A model generated the notes under the pieces. It did not search any database. It worked only from the letters and a program-made list of their open reading frames with translations, and had not been told where the DNA came from. DNA of 64,000 nucleotides from Ramazzottius varieornatus (taxonomy: Eukaryota; Animalia; Tardigrada): assembly GCA_001949185.1 (NCBI GenBank), contig BDGG01000012.1, forward strand, positions 1,108,973 through 1,172,972, given 5' to 3'. This document shows, piece after piece, positions 25,740 to 37,903 of this stretch. Positions within the stretch are counted from its first letter, which is position 1; each line of letters starts with the position of its first letter. The translations under genes and the position numbers were made by a program.

Positions 25740-27523
25740 ATGCCGGAATCAGCGGCGGACGGGAACTCGCCAGGCGTGGAGAAGAACGCCGATGGAGCCG
25801 ACCGGAAGTCCCATAAGGCCGGTACTGATGCTGTAATGAAGACTGTATGCGAACTGAAGCTCCGTGGAGGTGGGGCAAAATCGACAAAGACAGCTGCAAG
25901 ACGTCCTAAGGTGAAGAGAACGAAACAGGCTCCAAAGATAAAGCGAATGAAACGATGCGCAAAGAAGCCGAAAAGACCGTCATCATCGACCAGCGGAGTG
26001 GACGAGGACGAGCTGATTTCCTTCCTAAAATTTTTAGCAACAGTATCGTGGGACTGGAAACTACGGTCGTACAAGAGCGTCCTCCAACGATTCGCAGAAG
26101 ATTGTGGTAAGCACGATCCAAAGTTTTGAGGTGCGATGGTTATGCCGTAAAACTGTTTGAATGTTTTGTACGTTACGATGCAGTACATTTGCCACAGGAT
26201 CCACGATCACTTTGAGCTACAAATGGCGCTCAACATTCGCTCGGGAGCACAAAGATGACTTGCCACCGCGGGTGGTGGAGCTATTTTCAGCTAAGAAAGC
26301 ACAAGAAGGTTCATCCAGAAACGTCACAGCTGCTGAGTACTTCGATCGACTTGCGGAGCTGTATGGGAGGATCTCCACTGCTCCGGAATGCATATGGAAT
26401 CTCGGTAGCCTGGACGTAGAGCTCCCTGAACCATTGAAGAAACTTGAATCTGTCGAAAGTATAATAACCAGTTCCACGGTTTTTCTGATGCTTTCCGGAG
26501 TACGAAGACCATACGTGATGTAAACGTGTATTTTTCAGCAACCTCACCTGAACACGTCAGTGCGATCTACGCCATCTCTGCTGCGGGGGAGCTTATTCCG
26601 GCCACCCTGCTCTTCAAAGGCTCACGAATAGCTGGCGAATGGAAAAGCCTGCTTGATGGGCCTGATAAAGAGAAAGTTTTGTTAATGGTAAACAGCAGTG
26701 GAAAGTACGATCCAGCAGCAGCTATTAGGTGGCTTCGTACCATCTTCACCAAAGCCGTGAAAAGAAAGCCGGTACGAGTTCGCTGCTTCGTGCTGGGCTC
26801 TGTCCCTTCGATAGCTGTGCACATAGAGTTCGGTAGCTGTGTACGTCAGGCTGGCTATATGGTGTCTTTGGTATCTTTGTAGGTCGGCGTGTTCCTGAAC
26901 GAAACGCACTGCTTGCCGGAATATTATGATTTCCTGAAACTCGCCTACGATGAAGACATTCACCTAGTTTCGGCGCCGAAAAAGCTGAACTCCGTAAAGT
27001 TACCACTTGATGTGAACATTTGGGGTCCGACCAAGGATAGATGGTATGAGGAGCTCGACGAGCTACAGATGGAGTTTCCAGCTGCAACGGTGGGAGCGAA
27101 CTTGTCGAATGTCATATGTGGGTATGAATAGTCTTCTTTTTGCAGTTGACTCGGCCACAAGTGGTAAAGTCATTCGCACCAGCTTACTCTCTTTTGAATG
27201 AAGAGGATATAAAAGACGGGTTTGCCAGTTGTGGTATTTTTCCTTTGAACCCGAACGCCAACCCTGTTGTCAAAAAAAGCCTTCTGCCAGCATACGACGG
27301 GGAAATGGAGGAGCAAGAAGACATCAGTTCTCTGTCAGAGGTGGTGGAAGAGGCCTTCGAAATGTACGAACGAGCCGGCTTGTCGCGCGCCCGGGCAAAG
27401 CGACTACTAAGGAATATGAACGTTCCGGGTAAAGTTCGCTGGCTCAGTAAAATATGATCATGAAATTCCAGAACACCGGCAGTCACATACTTCTCCCTTT
27501 TAGGTTTCGAGACCCTGTCCTAA
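25740..27523 (+). CDS. Pogo/Tigger-derived protein (CENP-B-like HTH + DDE_1 domain), intron-containing, probably domesticated
   Basis: HTH-like EDELISFL..KWRSTFAREH..EYFDRL. DDE_1 motifs IWN, AISAAGELIPATLLFKG, NSSG..WL..IF, LPLDVNIWGPTK, IKDGFASCGIFPLNP. About five GT-AG introns. Confidence 0.8.
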
Positions 27524-28229
27524 TGACTTCGCTTCCCGGTGCATCAGCTACGCCTTAGTTCAGGGACCTCTGCTTTTATGATCCTAGGACCGGTTTCTCA
27601 CCTGATACTGACCAATTGTTTGAGATTGATTGCGTACTACATTGTTTGAGATAGATTGCAGTTCTCCTGATGTACTCGTGTGCTGTACTGTTACTGTACT
27701 TTACATGATTTTCGTACTGCGGATGGTCACATGTCACTGGAATGGTTGAATCCTTCCCCTTTCTTACTCGCTGCTCTTAAAACCACCTTCAGACAAGGGT
27801 CCGCTTCTTTTTGAATATTATGTTGTTGAGGTTCGTCAAGAATATCTTCCGTATATGCTCACGAACGAAACTAGAAATTTCTTGATTCTCGCAATGGAAA
27901 TTGCAGGCGGGCGAAAAAAGAAGATTGAACGACGGTCAACCAGTGATAACCACCCTTCTCGGTAGGGGTTGCACTTGCACCACTGACCTCTGAGGCGGAA
28001 ATTAGAATCGATAAAATTAAATTTTGACTGACGAAATCCATTTCTCCACGTTCATCCAGTCCGATCCAGATTTCTTGAACTTCCGGTTCCGGCGCGCCCT
28101 CATGACAGTCTGCTAATTACGACCTTGTTGCTAAAACAGCGATCTTTAGGTGCGAAAGACTGTATTTCCGGCTGAGCGCCTATTACCTCATTCAAAGGAG
28201 TGTCATTTCGACATCGCCGGACTGGAATC

Positions 28230-28499
28230 ATGTCGTTCGATAACAGCGATACGGATCTCTCTGCCGTACTGGATTCGGATCTCCAGGATTTCATCCAGGT
28301 GCAACAGCAGAAGGCCCAGCTTCAGAGCTCTGCGCACAAGCTGACGGATATGTGCTGGGACCGGTGCATAGGAGAGCGGCCTGGTGCCAGACTGGATGCC
28401 AAAACGGAAGTGTGCCTAACTAACTGCGTGGAAAGATTTCTGGACGCTTCCATCTTCCTTGTACAGCGGCTGCAAAAGAATCTTTCCTCTCATGGTTAG
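28230..28499 (+). CDS. TIMM8: Mitochondrial import chaperone Tim8
   Basis: Twin CX3C motifs (CWDRC, CLTNC) and VERFLD; single exon. Confidence 0.93.
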   Translation: MSFDNSDTDLSAVLDSDLQDFIQVQQQKAQLQSSAHKLTDMCWDRCIGERPGARLDAKTEVCLTNCVERFLDASIFLVQRLQKNLSSHG

Positions 28500-28962
28500 T
28501 GTTTTCTGTCCTTAACGTAGTTTGTCACCTTGTCTTGTGCTGTGTGTATTTGAGAATCGACAGTTGTCGGTGTAGACGATTTTCGTTCCGCAGCTTAACT
28601 GCGCCAGTTTCGTCGATCACTCTGAGTGATCATGGCTTCCGGACTTCGTAGGCGTGTTAGTTGTTTTTATTCTTTTTAGCTGTGGTTTTCCATCAACGTC
28701 AGTATGGGGAACTAGTGTTGGATGTACCGAAAATTGCGACGTGTGTAAAACATGAAATAAGTTGAGAACGGTATCATTCCAGTTATCAAAACCACGATAA
28801 GAGTAACGCTCTTCGTATGGGTGCAGGTAGTTCCAAACGAACGCTGCGAAGGATCCACGAAGAATAAAATATCAAAGAATCTGTAGCACGAACCAGGACT
28901 GTGCACGAACTAACACGACCTACGAGAGTAACATTCGCAACATAGGATTGAGCCATTACTCG

Positions 28963-30155
28963 TCAGGAACGTCTTGGAATACTGAGGGAATCCATCACCT
29001 GAAGCATATCAGCAACTTCTGCAAAGAAGATGCAACCTACATACTGTGACGATTAAACAGAGGATTCTACGAAAAAATGGCAGTAAAGAAACAGAATTTG
29101 GGTTCCATACCGTGTTTCAAAATCCGGAGTTTGCTCATGGATATAAGGAAAGAGTGTGATGTCACTTCGTTATCCATGCCTTGTATCCTCATGGACAATA
29201 TAAGTCCAGGCGATGAGGTCACGGACTGATCTTGACATTCGCTCAGAACAATGTCGGGAATCCACTCGGTATGTAGCAATTTCGAAACTAATAACAGAAA
29301 TAAACACAAGGAGATGAGTTTCACTATGTATAGTGAGTACGCCCATTTGGCTAACGAGGGTACCTCGAAATCCGGACTTTTCGAGGGCATGAGCCAGTTG
29401 TTGTCCATCAGACTGATACACCTTGGTCAACGCAGCGGCATGCTCTATGAAACGAACGACTGGTTCTTCCTCGTGGTAAGATAAGACTAAAAGAAGAAAT
29501 TTGAAGTAAGTACCTTTGGGGAACCCGAGCTGTTGTAACTCGTTCGAGAAGACTTCCGCGTTTACTTTGTGTGTAACTGCGTTCGAGAGGAAGAACTCGG
29601 TCGCAGCAATCACGGTTTTGGTGTCACCTAAATCTGCATAAAGAAGCAAACTGAGTCAGCCTTGCCGATAACAGGTTCTCTGGCGAAGTCCACGGAGAAG
29701 GCCATCAGCATAGGACGTAAACTCACTTAGCCTGGCGTCGACGCAGATTTTCCTCGAAGCAATAACCTATAAGTAATACCCGCATTGCAACCGAAAACTA
29801 ATCTTGACCTGCCATTGACTTTGCAGAATAGACCAGGTGCCGAAGTATCGAAACCGACGGGTTATCAAGGTTTCTGAAGCCAGGTATTTCACATCGCATA
29901 CATTCATGCATGCATCTGCAAAAGAAAAAAAGACTTACGTTCTTTGTTTCGTCGCACAGCATTCGCCCTATCTCATGGGATAGTTGACGGAACTTAACGG
30001 AGGAGAGCCTTGTTATCGACGTGATCGCAGCGAGAGCCCAGTCAGGGCAATCCAGGTCCCCGCAAAATTTGAATTTCTGGAATGAAGATGTCGCTGTCGT
30101 ACGATGAAGCATGGGTTAAGGACAAGAGAATCCCCTATACGGTAAGCCTTACCAT
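28963..30155 (-). CDS. COMMD4: COMM domain-containing protein 4
   Basis: ATG|gtaag then KFKFCGDLDCPDWALA..SSVKF..ELQQLGFPKEHA..WAYSL. Confidence 0.92.
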
Positions 30156-30520
30156 CGTGTCTTCTCCGCGTTCGCTTTCCCAAATACATGCGTAGTAGAT
30201 GTCCAGTCAGTTGTCCAGTCCAATTTGTTAGAGTTTGATCAGAGGAATCTAACTAGCAGAACGAAAACAAAGTTTTGAAACTTTGATTAACGAAATTTTG
30301 AAACCGGTGACAGGTCATAAGTGAACTGAAGGCCCGCCCATTTGTAGTCAACCGACCAATCGTGCTGCCGCATGAACAAGCGATGGGAAGTCGTAAACCC
30401 GTCAATGTGGTCCGATTAATTTTACACGTAGTATACATGGAAATAAGGAATTTTCGATTAAGGTTCCCAAGATTTCCGCTTTATTCAGAGTCTTCTGTTC
30501 TTCTGTGTATGAAAATCACA

Positions 30521-31798
30521 ATGTCTAACGAAATGGCGAAAGCTGTGGATCAGCTCTTCTCCCAGGATCCAGCGGACGAGGTCGCGGGCTCCGAGAAGAG
30601 AGGCGTTGCCTTCGTTAAGTCGCGGTCGGAAGCTGTTGGATTTCCCAAAGGATGGTATCGGGAGGAACTCATAAGATCGGGAAGCGGAGTAGTTAATCCT
30701 GGGCACAAGATCGTCCATTACCACAGGTATGTCCTGCATCAACGGGGTGTTGCGCGCTGCTATCAAGCTGTCCGCAGTGGTCCGGTAAAACTGTTCGTAG
30801 ATGTGTCAGCGTTTATTTCTGAGGTCCCTTACTCTGTTGTTCTTTAAGTCCGGATGGAAGAAAATTTCGCTCCAAAGCGGATCTCACCAGATTCTTCGGT
30901 CACCGTCTAGACTTATCCAACTTCGATTTCAAGTCTGGAAAGATGCTCCCTGGATATGGCGCCAGTCAGAAGAAGAATTTAAATACGGCAAAATCTGGCG
31001 CACAGAAAGGATTAAGTGGACCTGTTAGTGCACTTGGCTCCGTGTCGTTGCAGCGCTTTCTGGACCCACCTGTTCGACAATGCACCTGCATATATAACCA
31101 GAAAGTTCGAGCTATCGAAACTTGTGGTACTAACGTGTGCAAAGACGCAAAGGATATTCCCCGCGCATCTGGTATGAAGAATCTCAAACCAAAGCCTGCA
31201 CAGGTAAGTTGCAAAAGTGTAATGAATGTCGCTTTTCCTTCTAACAAGCATTTATCTTTTATTTCTAAAGGTATTTTGGTCAAAACGGTTGGAAGGCTTC
31301 TCTGCACGGGACGTCAACGAAGGCAGGATCGACATGTCACACCTTCCGCGGGGCTTCAAAGGTACGTTCAGCGTGAGATTTGTAGGTGGTACTTTCATAG
31401 TGACAAGTTGCAGCTATCTTATTCTGAACTATTTTATAGCCGGCAGTGGTATACTCAGCGATTCAGCTGCAGTAATTAGCCTGGCGTCTTCTGTATTTAA
31501 CGCGAGCAGCCAAGGTTCTCAAGCTGGTTCGGAGCAAGGACCTATCTTTGGTCAAGGCGAGAAGTTCTCGAAGAATTTGGCTTTCGTCAATCCTTATCAG
31601 CCGCTCGTCGCAGTAAGCACATACCTGCTGCTGTTACATAGATTCCATCGTCTTCTCCAGAGCCTCGTGTAAGATCTTTTTGTATTGTAGCACGTCAAAG
31701 TGACACCCGAACTCATAGAGGAGCAGGAACTGCAAGTGCAAAGACTGCGCCGAGACCTGGCGCGTCTCATGGGTCGTCCTCAGAAAGAACGGATATGA
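30521..31798 (+). CDS. MBD2/3: Methyl-CpG-binding domain protein MBD2/3 (NuRD subunit)
   Basis: MBD FPKGWYREELIR..SPDGRKFRSK..DLSNFDFKSGK; PVRQC; PAQVFWSKRLEG; C-terminal coiled coil IEEQELQVQRLRRDL. Confidence 0.88.
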
Positions 31799-32098
31799 TC
31801 TGCCTACCTTTGTAAGTTCCACTAAACTACATTGCTTTAACATTTTCATAAACTTTATTTAAGATCGACTCGACATGTTCGCCCTTGCGTTGTTGCATTT
31901 TACATTTTATCCAATGTTAGCCGAAAGTGGCGTTTACCCGACCTCACCGTGCAAGTTCGCCATAAGCCTGAGGTCCTTGCACCTTATTATAACGTGCTGT
32001 TTGCTGTTTGTTAACCATGGGGCATGCACTAGACATGGCACGTTGCTCAATTGTCAGGTCTTCAAAAGTAAGCCTTGGCTGAATAAACTTTCCGTTTC

Positions 32099-33143
32099 TT
32101 ACATCGTAGGTAAAAATATTTCCGCTAGCATGCAACGAACACCTCCACCACCAATCTTTTCTATTATAGGAATAGATACCGTTACAATTTTACAGTATTT
32201 ATGAAGCACCTCCATTTGTTCCGAAGTGAGGCTGTCAAAGGCATTCTGGGACATGACAAGCAGCTCGCGTTCTATTGCTACTGTGCCTCGCGGACGCAGA
32301 GTCAGCATGTTCCCAGCAAAATTTCGGACTTGCTTCACTGTAATGTCCACCATAGTATGACCAGTCTTTTCCAGTGATTTTTTTACTGTACGTCGCTCTT
32401 CAGGGTCCTGTATGCACTCCAGGCATACCACGGCGAAGTTGGTCCCAATACACATCATAACGTTCGTGTGATAGATCGGCAGGCCCTGCTCATCGTAGGA
32501 CCGGAAAGAAATCGTTCGGTATCCTAGATAGGAAGCCACATGTTCCAGGAGCTGGAGATCGGTCCGTTTGGACAAGGAACCGTAAGCTCTTCGGTTGATA
32601 TGGTCGAATATAATACTTCCCTGTAGCAAAAGAAACAGAATAGAACGTATTTAAGGCTGTGTACCGGTACAGTATCGGCGCCAGAAAAATCAGTGGTATA
32701 ACTGAAACTACTCCTTCGCGTACCGTTCCTTCCAGGTAAGTTCCGGTCTGTTCCTTTTCCGAAAAGTCCGTCACGTTCGTGATGACATATCTTGTTCGTA
32801 GGTCGTCGATGATATCTGGTCTACGCTCGAGACGACGGTTAGGATGGCACATCGGATAGAGCAGTACTTCTCCATTTGAGTGCAAGGAGATCCAGTTGTT
32901 TGGGAAGATGGCGTCAGGTTTATGAGGTTCGTCTAGGTCTTGGTAGACATGCACAGTAATCCCGCAACTTATCAGGGTATCCACAACGTTGTCGAACTCC
33001 TTTAACACCGTATGGTGCAGGATTGTGGCGTCAAGGGTGCTCTGCTGCTGAAACACGTTATCCAGTGCGGCTTCTGGATTGAAAGTAAAGCGACCTGGAC
33101 GGACCATGAAAACCGCGGACGCTGATTGCTGCGTACTCTCCAT
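32099..33143 (-). CDS. Bacterial-type amidinotransferase / citrulline-utilisation hydrolase (CtlX-like), 313 aa, one intron 32621-32723
   Basis: VFMVRPGRF.FN, PDAIFPNNWIS, LYPM..NRRLERR, LEGT|GSIIFDH, IYHTNVMMCIG, FAGNML, GGGGVRCMLAEIF. Phase-0 GT-AG intron. Confidence 0.88.
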
Positions 33144-34420
33144 CGTGAAGTTCCTTCTTCAAGCAAGAACGCTGTTTCTGACAGAAAGTTCGAGCTAATG
33201 GCCTGCGCCGACAAATGTTAGTTAAATGGAGGTGTCGCTAAATTCGACCCTTATCTTATCTACAGCCGTTTGCGATACGCCGGTACTTCGCGTGAAGTGT
33301 AAAGCAGTTTGATGTGTGGTCCCGCAACGTCCTCCTTGCGCAAGCAAGAATTGTCTTTGTCAGAATTCCTTTGTCATTACTCTCAGTTGTTTCTTTGAGT
33401 GACGAGCATTGGGTCAGAACAAAGGCGGGAGTCATGCCCAGTCGTCGTTTTGCCATCCAACGATCTGGGTCTTTGTTTGGCGAAAAACCGAAACTATATG
33501 GTCCCTGACGGCCCCTGGACGTCTTGTTTATTTACATACAGTACAGTCCTAAACGTCGTATTGTACTCGTATGGCGGTTTCTTTTGCAGATGGATGTGAA
33601 GTGGTGGTGACAATTACGGAACGAAAGGCGCGAGAAAAAATCCCCACGGATATGCTGATGATTAGAAAGTCTATATGTTGAGCACGCACAAGAGAAAATC
33701 GTATCAAGACCATGGGACTTATCTGCCTGCTCAGCGATCTGGCTCCATGAAGCTTGAAGCCTTAGCATCGCATGAAGACCTCGAAGCTCTCTGCCGCGAT
33801 CTTCATTAATTGACGACGGAAGGATCTGGATGTGCATCGACGCGAACCGGATACGGGCGCGACGCTGTAGAATTGCTCTGCTGGGATCAGATATGCATCT
33901 CAGTAGAGAGCTTTTTGTGTATAAGCGAATTACGCGGTAAACACGCAATGTACACAGTAAAGATTGTGCCACACTGAAAGCATTGATTTCCCTTCTCCGG
34001 ATTCGATCAATACTACGCCCTGTCCTTATAGGAAGAACACTCAAGAATAGGTGGCGTCACCACCCATAACGGAGCAATAACAAGGCTTCCACAATCACCC
34101 GGAAATGAATGGCTGCACAGATTTCCAAAATGGGAATGTGCTGACATGGGCAAGATGGAAGAGCTTAAGCGTTGTCTGACATTGGGATGGAATATTTCAT
34201 CGGAAGAGATGCGTCTCAGCCGAGTCTCGAACCAGCCGACAGGTTGTCATTCATCCATCATCACATGACAAAACACTACATCAGCGTGTTCAGCTGGTTT
34301 TCCAACTTTTCCTATGCAACACCCATATCGGCACTTTGCTTCTGAAGAAGCCTCTGACTCAAGCGGACGTTCCATAAAATGTCAAGAGCTATTTCATGGT
34401 TGCTGTCATGCATGGATTGT

Positions 34421-34582
34421 GTAAACAGTCATCCAAGTGGGCTGTCCGGTGAGTAAACAAGCCACACACCGTACGAGCACCGAGTACGCCACCACCATTA
34501 CTTCGGCATATTCAATCATGTCGATGGTGTAAAGCCCGTGTATAACTGCCGTGTAATAGCGTTGTGGCTTTAAGTATATAAA
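34421..34582 (+). promoter_or_regulatory. Putative sHSP promoter: two forkhead-type GTAAACA sites and a TATA box
   Basis: GTAAACA 34421-34427, GTAAACAA 34453-34460, TATATAAA 34575-34582. Confidence 0.45.
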
Positions 34583-34981
34583 GCCCGGTAGCTTTGAGCG
34601 CCTTTTCTCGCTTAATTCAACAAACTAGCTCTCGGTTTTTGGATAGAAGACGTGCTCTACCTAAACGCCTCACACGATTACGGTGGCACCTATCCAATTC
34701 ATCGCATCAACCTGCTAATCATCTGCGGACGTTTTGTTGCGCTTGATTAAGGCCAGCATATCGTTGGGTCTTCGCCTGACCGCACTAACGCAGCCACGTC
34801 TTTTCGAGCCGGATCCTTGCTTAATTGAAAAGTGCGAAAAGGGTCGCTGTGGTACGCGTGCTGTAGCGTGACTCCAAGTGGCGTCTGGTGGCATCATTTG
34901 TGGTGGTTTGACAATTACTTCCTCATTAAACGTCACTCGACACACTGCCTTGTTTTCAAAGAGCCTCTTCTATCCTACACC

Positions 34982-35548
34982 ATGGCTCTTCTCCCCTTTT
35001 TCCGTCGAGAGGAATTTCCGGGTCGAGGACTCGACATTTCCCCATGGAGAGACTTGGATCCTTGGGCGGATTCTCGTGTGGGAACTCCCAATTACCACTT
35101 TAAAAGTCATTTGTCTGGCATTCTGCAGCAGATGGACTCGACGATCGCCCGTATGGATGAGGAGATGCGGACGGTTATGAAACGAGTGGGTGCGGGCGAT
35201 TATGCCGGTGGGAGCATGTTAGGCGAAGCCGCACGCTCCGTTTCCCCACAAATTAATAACGGCCTGGCTATTTATGATTTCGATGTTTCCGGCTTCACGC
35301 CCGAAGAAGTGACCATCAAGACTAAAGATAACGTTCTGGAAGTGATCGCTCGTCATGAGGAAAGGACCAAGAACGGCGAAATCTCGCGGGAATTCCGACG
35401 CACCTTCACGATTCCCGACGGAATAAACCCGGAAGAACTCAGTGGGAAACTAATCAGAGATGGCCTATTGCGTGTGGAAGCACCTTATCGACCACCGGCA
35501 CTACAGAGTTCTCCCTCCGAACGACCAGTCCCTATACAATATAGCTGA
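34982..35548 (+). CDS. Small heat-shock protein (HSP20/alpha-crystallin domain), intronless CDS
   Basis: FDVSGFTPEEVTIK..VIARHEE..SREFRRTFTIPDG..DGLLRVEAP and C-terminal VPI (IXI motif). Confidence 0.93.
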   Translation: MALLPFFRREEFPGRGLDISPWRDLDPWADSRVGTPNYHFKSHLSGILQQMDSTIARMDEEMRTVMKRVGAGDYAGGSMLGEAARSVSPQINNGLAIYDFDVSGFTPEEVTIKTKDNVLEVIARHEERTKNGEISREFRRTFTIPDGINPEELSGKLIRDGLLRVEAPYRPPALQSSPSERPVPIQYS

Positions 35549-36779
35549 ACTGCTATGCTGATGGGTCCCTCCTGTGTATAATTTTAACCGAAGTCAACTG
35601 CAAAAAACTTTCTGTTTGCTTTTCATTAAGAATATGAAAGCACTTGGCGAACCGGTTTAGTGCTTCTGGTTTTTGAGCTTTTTTGTCGCTAATGCTGGCC
35701 GCACTTTTTCCATTACTACGATACTCACGCAATGATTTATGATGGTATAAAATTACATGATCAACAATTGAGCTATTTCGTGGTGTCAATGAAAATTCTT
35801 CTTGTGTTCTTCTTGTATTTCTCAATACAAACTCGCTATATAGCCAGCTCTCATACTTCCGGGTTCCTCAATACGGCGCCACTGATGACATTGACGGCAC
35901 TAGAGTGTACATCGATTCATCATTCGAACAGATGATGCGCAGCGCTTGTCAGTTCTCTCTTAACCACACACTGTACAGCAATTAAATGTGTATTCGTAAT
36001 TATTACGACATCCTATTGTTACAGTACAAGAATGTTGCAGGACTGGTCAAAGTTTTCTACGCTTAATTGGCATGACTGCTTAGTGCTCTAAAATCGTCAC
36101 GATCTTCCGGCTACAGAAGAACAACCTGACCAAGTGCTAATTTTCTTAGGTTAGTTGATAGTCAAGCGTAGCTTACTTGTTACTTTTGTTACCGAGACGC
36201 CATGTCGGTATACAGAAGTGAGGGTTCTTGCTGAACGTGCACGAAGCGAGTGGGCTCGGCAGCGACACCACAGTAATTTACACATTCCATTTTTTCCCAC
36301 CACAACTGACCACCTTTTATCGTCCGTTGTACACGATAGCTTTTGTTGTCGACACTTCTCGATTGAAGTTGTTTGTGCATAAATTATTTATCGATGTTAT
36401 CCACCTGAATGGAACCAACGATTACTGCCGCATGACCAGCTTTTCATTCTACCAGTCGGTGTTTATTGTGTATTATTAATTTAGCTTTTCACAAGAACGA
36501 TTGCTGACGTGCGTTGTAAACATAACAATGCAAGAGGATACCTGCTTATTCTTGGTCGATAAGTCGGTATCAAAAGACTCGGACAATACGGTAGGACTAT
36601 GATGAGAGGCCACTTTGACTGTTTGACACGTGCTAGCTGGAACAGAGTACCATCTAGACACGAATGGCGGACGAACAAGTCCTATAAGAGGACACCAGCC
36701 GTTCATTTCCGTAACGCGCGAGAAGACGAGCCTGAAAGACAAATGGTACGTTGGCCAGGTAGGTACTGTAGACTGCCAT

Positions 36780-37561
36780 TCAGGTTTGTGCAGCGAACAA
36801 AGCGGGATCGATGACGTCGAAATTCAAGACGATGCTGCGACTTCGCGGAATAAACTGCCGGTACTTGATACCCGCCATGTCGAGGAGCCGTCGAGATGCA
36901 ATAAAGACCTCTTGGTCTTTGTACTTGTCGGAGACGAAAACGATCTCTTTAATGCCGGCTTGAATGCACAGTTTCGCGCATTCGTTACAGGGAAATAATC
37001 CGACGTAAACTATGCAGTTCTTGAGCGAAGCAGCGTTCCTGTTCATGATCGCATTTTGTTCAGCGTGGACCACGTAGGGATACTTGGTTTCTGCAATCAG
37101 AAGAAACCAGCTTAATCAGACCAGAAACCGATTCCAGACTCTGTAGGGTCGGCCGACGCGAGTAAGTCGGCCATCTTTTGCGCGTCCATCCGCGATGACG
37201 TCAAACACGTACAAAGCCATGGGTGGCCGACTCGCGCTTGTTGCGCGCGAATATTACCTAGATAAAGGCCTTCGCGCGCCCATGGTAGTTCATCATCGCT
37301 GCATCCTGTTGGCATCCCGTTGTAGCCAATTCCAACTATCTTGTTTTCTTCGTCCACGATACACGCCCCAACCTGGCTTGATGGATCCTTCGATCTTTGT
37401 GCCGAAAGGAAGGCAACTGACATGAAGTACTCCTCCCACGAGATATAGTTTTCGCGCTTTTTGACAGGCCGGGTATCCAGTGCACCACCATTTTGAGGCT
37501 CCGGATGTGCTGTCACTACTTCCGCCGTTTTAATCTTCGAGTGGAGTGTATCTTTCGACAT
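36780..37561 (-). CDS. DCTD: dCMP deaminase
   Basis: [31 protein letters not shown]; VHAEQNA; LFPCNECAK. Confidence 0.95.
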
Positions 37562-37903
37562 GGCTGAAGCAGACGGAGGATTATTCCGGAAGATAACTTG
37601 ACCTGCAGAGAAAAGTGGAACAGCTGATTGCGATCGTAACAAAAGCGTTTTACTTGACATGCACAGTGCACAAGACATATGATATAACATGACATGACAT
37701 CGATTTTGCTATTCCGATTTCTCACAGGCTTATCCCTTGATTCAAGATCGATTGCTCGAAGTACGACCGAGGAGTTCTCAGAGATTCCTTTATGAATCCT
37801 ACCCAGTCCTCACTCTTCAGAAGTGCTCCTTGCTGATTCACGTTTACGCTTCTGTTATCCGATCTTAGACGATAAGCGAGCGTAGTACGGTACGGCGAAG
37901 GGG

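Noticed and set aside
27615-27660. Short direct repeat attgtttgagat(t/a)gattgc x2
   Set aside because: Two copies only; a local micro-duplication in a 3' flank, not an array or CRISPR.
33200-34400. 170-aa minus-strand ORF and other short ORFs upstream of the sHSP
   Set aside because: Non-ATG start, no motifs and no splice support.
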